Below are positions 61,565 to 64,000 of a DNA stretch of 64,000 nt, piece by piece. Where the stretch lies: assembly GCF_006345805.1 (NCBI RefSeq), contig NC_043008.1, forward strand, positions 5,394,001 through 5,458,000, read 5' to 3'. The notes beneath the pieces are model-generated. The model saw only the letters and a program-made list of their open reading frames with translations, was not told the DNA's origin and made no database searches. A program made the position numbers and the translations under genes. Source of the stretch: Octopus sinensis. Taxonomy: Eukaryota. How positions within the stretch are numbered: position 1 is the stretch's first letter; each line of letters starts with the position of its first letter.

Positions 61565-64000
61565 ATGGAAAATTTACCGCATCCAAAAGACCTAGACTTT
61601 AATCAGGAAAATCTAGCCGCAGCATGGAAAAAGTGGAAAAAAGAATTCAATCTCTTTTTGATAGCAACAGAAAGTGACATGAAGCCAGACAAAGTAAAAA
61701 CTTGCATCGGTTCTAAAGGCCGAGATATCCATTCCACACTGGATTTCGATTCACCCGATGAAGAAATGAACCTTCAGACAGTAATCGAAAAATTCGATGC
61801 ATATTGTGAACCCAGGAAAAACATAACTTTCCTAAGACACAAATTCTTCACATGTGGACAAGCGGAACATCAAAAATTCGATGAGTACGTAGTAGAGTTG
61901 CGCCAAAAGGCACAACAGTGCGAATTCGGCAACCTCACAGACAGTCTCACCAAAGATATTCTGATATGTGGAATCAGAGACATGAGATTAAGAGAAAGAT
62001 TATTGAGAGAACCAAATTTAGACCTACAAAAAACAATTCAAGCAGGTCAGAGTGCAGAGCAAACACGACTCCAATCAAGGATGCTAAATGCCACATCCGA
62101 AACAAGAGATAACGAAATCTCGAGGGTATATAGTCAACACGACAGAAAAGGCGTCAAAACTCAAATAACCCGCCATATGCAATCCAGACATCAAAACGAA
62201 CAAGGCGGAAGTGACAGAAAGCCCGCGAAGTTTCAAGCGCCAAGTCAACACTACGTCACTAACTGTCACTATTGTGGTTATAATCACAAAAGAAATAAAT
62301 GCCCAGCATTTCACAAGACATGTGAAAAATGCAAGAAACAAGGACACTATGCAAAAATGTGCAAATCAAGAAAATTTGTACATAAAGTAGAGATACATAC
62401 CGACGATGAATCAGATGACGATACACATGCACTCGAAATGATCACTGCAAATAATTCCCGCGTGCACAAAATCGAAAAGTTCAAGACTCCAAAAGACATT
62501 TGGACGGTCGAACTAAAAGTGAACAACTCGAATGTAACATTCAAAATAGATACAGGAGCAGACGTAACCGTACTGCCATTCAGAGAATATAGAAATATAA
62601 TTCCAAAACCACAACTGCAAAAAACTTCAACTCGATTATCAGCTTATAATAACACAGCTATAAAAGTGCTAGGAAAATGCACAGCAGTCATTAAATACAA
62701 AGAATTATCAAAGCAAATAAAATTCATTGTTGCAAAAACAAACTCGCACGCAGTTATAGATGCAAAGACAGCTAAAGATCTGAACCTGATTCAGAGAATT
62801 TCAAAAATAAATTCGTCGAACACAAACGACATATTAGAAAAATATGAAGACTGTTTCGGAGAAATCGGCACTTTGTCAATAACACATCATATCACAGTGG
62901 ATCCACAAATAACTCCTGTAATTCATCCACCAAGATCGGTTCCTTTTTCTATAAAAGAAAAACTCAACAAAGAATTAAAAAGGATGACAGAATTAGATAT
63001 CATAAAACCTGTTAGTGAACCTACAGACTGGGTAAATTCCCTAGTCATCGTTGAAAAAGCCAACGGAAAACTCCGACTCTGTTTAGACCCCAAGAATCTA
63101 AACAAAGCCATAAAAAGGCAACATTTCAAACTCCCTACAGCGGAGGACATTTTTGCACAAATGCATAACCCTAAATATTTTTCAAAACTCGATGCATCTA
63201 ATGGATACTGGCAAATTCCAGTTGACGAAGAAAGCTCCCATCTTTTAACGTTCAACACACCTTTTGGAAGGTATCGCTTCACACGACTACCCTTTGGAAT
63301 TCACAGCGCCAGTGAAGTTTTCCAAAAAGAAATTTCAAAAATAATAGAGGGCATAGAAGGAGCAAGAAATTCACAGGATGACATCATAATCTGGTCCAAC
63401 ACTTTAGAAGAACACACAAATAGACTACAACAAGTTTTCGATCGAATCCGAAAGCACGGATTAAAGTTAAATAAATCAAAGTGTATCTTCTATGAATCAC
63501 AAATCAAGTACTTGGGCATATATTAACCAGCGAAGGGATAAAACAAGATCCAACCAAAGTACAAGCAATCATTCACATGCCACTGCCAACAAGTAAAAAA
63601 GAATTACAAAGATTCCTAGGTATGACAAATTACCTATGTAAATTTTTATCTAATTACTCCGAAGTCACAGCACCATTGCGCCAGCTTCTACAGAGTGACA
63701 CGTTATGGTCATTCGACAAACCACAAATCGAAGCAATAAAAAAGCTAAAAGAAATGATTACCAGAAAACCAGTGCTACAATTTTATGATCCAGATCTACC
63801 AATAAAAATAACTACAGATGCTAGTAAGCATGGGCTCAAGCGGAACAAAACTACTGTCCGATAGAGAGCGAAGCTCTCAGTATAGTTTTCGCATGCAAGA
63901 AATTTCATCAGTTTATATACGGAACTCATTTCAGAATCGAAAATGACCATAAACCGTTGAAGCAAATACTCAAAAAATCGATTACTAAATGCCCCCCCAG
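61565..64000 (+). CDS. Gypsy (Mag-like) gag-pol, defective; runs off the window
   Basis: Single gag-pol frame: WKKWKKEF, two CCHC knuckles, protease IDTGADVT, RT LDASNGYWQIP/RLPFG/SQDDIII. Frameshift at about 63515 and an apparent RNase H deletion at about 63838 (TDASKHGL joined to AEQNYCPIE...ENDHKPL). Confidence 0.9.

Overview
Repeat-dense animal genomic DNA, probably an octopus or another coleoid cephalopod; this is inferred from the repeat families and is not proven. The only host gene I can support is on the minus strand. It is the 5' half of a peptidylglycine alpha-hydroxylating monooxygenase (the PHM domain of PAM): five coding exons (24766-24569, 19461-19407, 11343-11256, 7549-7464, 2870-2793) splice in frame with GT-AG sites. 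They give a signal peptide, YLC, HHIILFGC, ILYAWAKNA and VGFHIG...MQVHY. The rest of the gene lies left of the window, and a likely non-coding exon 1 ends at 35172. Most other sequence is transposon-derived: RTE LINE fragments and about 25 copies of their 3' end in both orientations, CR1 fragments, tRNA-derived SINEs, Helitron-like and piggyBac-like non-autonomous elements, MITE/foldback hairpins and Penelope-like remnants. The right end is a young nest of a near-full-length Tx1/L1 element in an (ATT)n tract, a CR1 with a long intact ORF, and a Gypsy LTR element inserted in that CR1. Top leads: (1) a minimal hammerhead ribozyme with a compensated U3-A8 core, sense to the PHM pre-mRNA in intron 1; (2) a natural His-His-Ile CuH motif in place of the His-His-Met pH switch; (3) a possible (ATT)n-targeting Tx1 family; (4) inverted RTE 3' ends bracketing PHM exons; (5) a foldback element built from what looks like a transposase C-terminus. 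All family assignments are by eye and need database confirmation.
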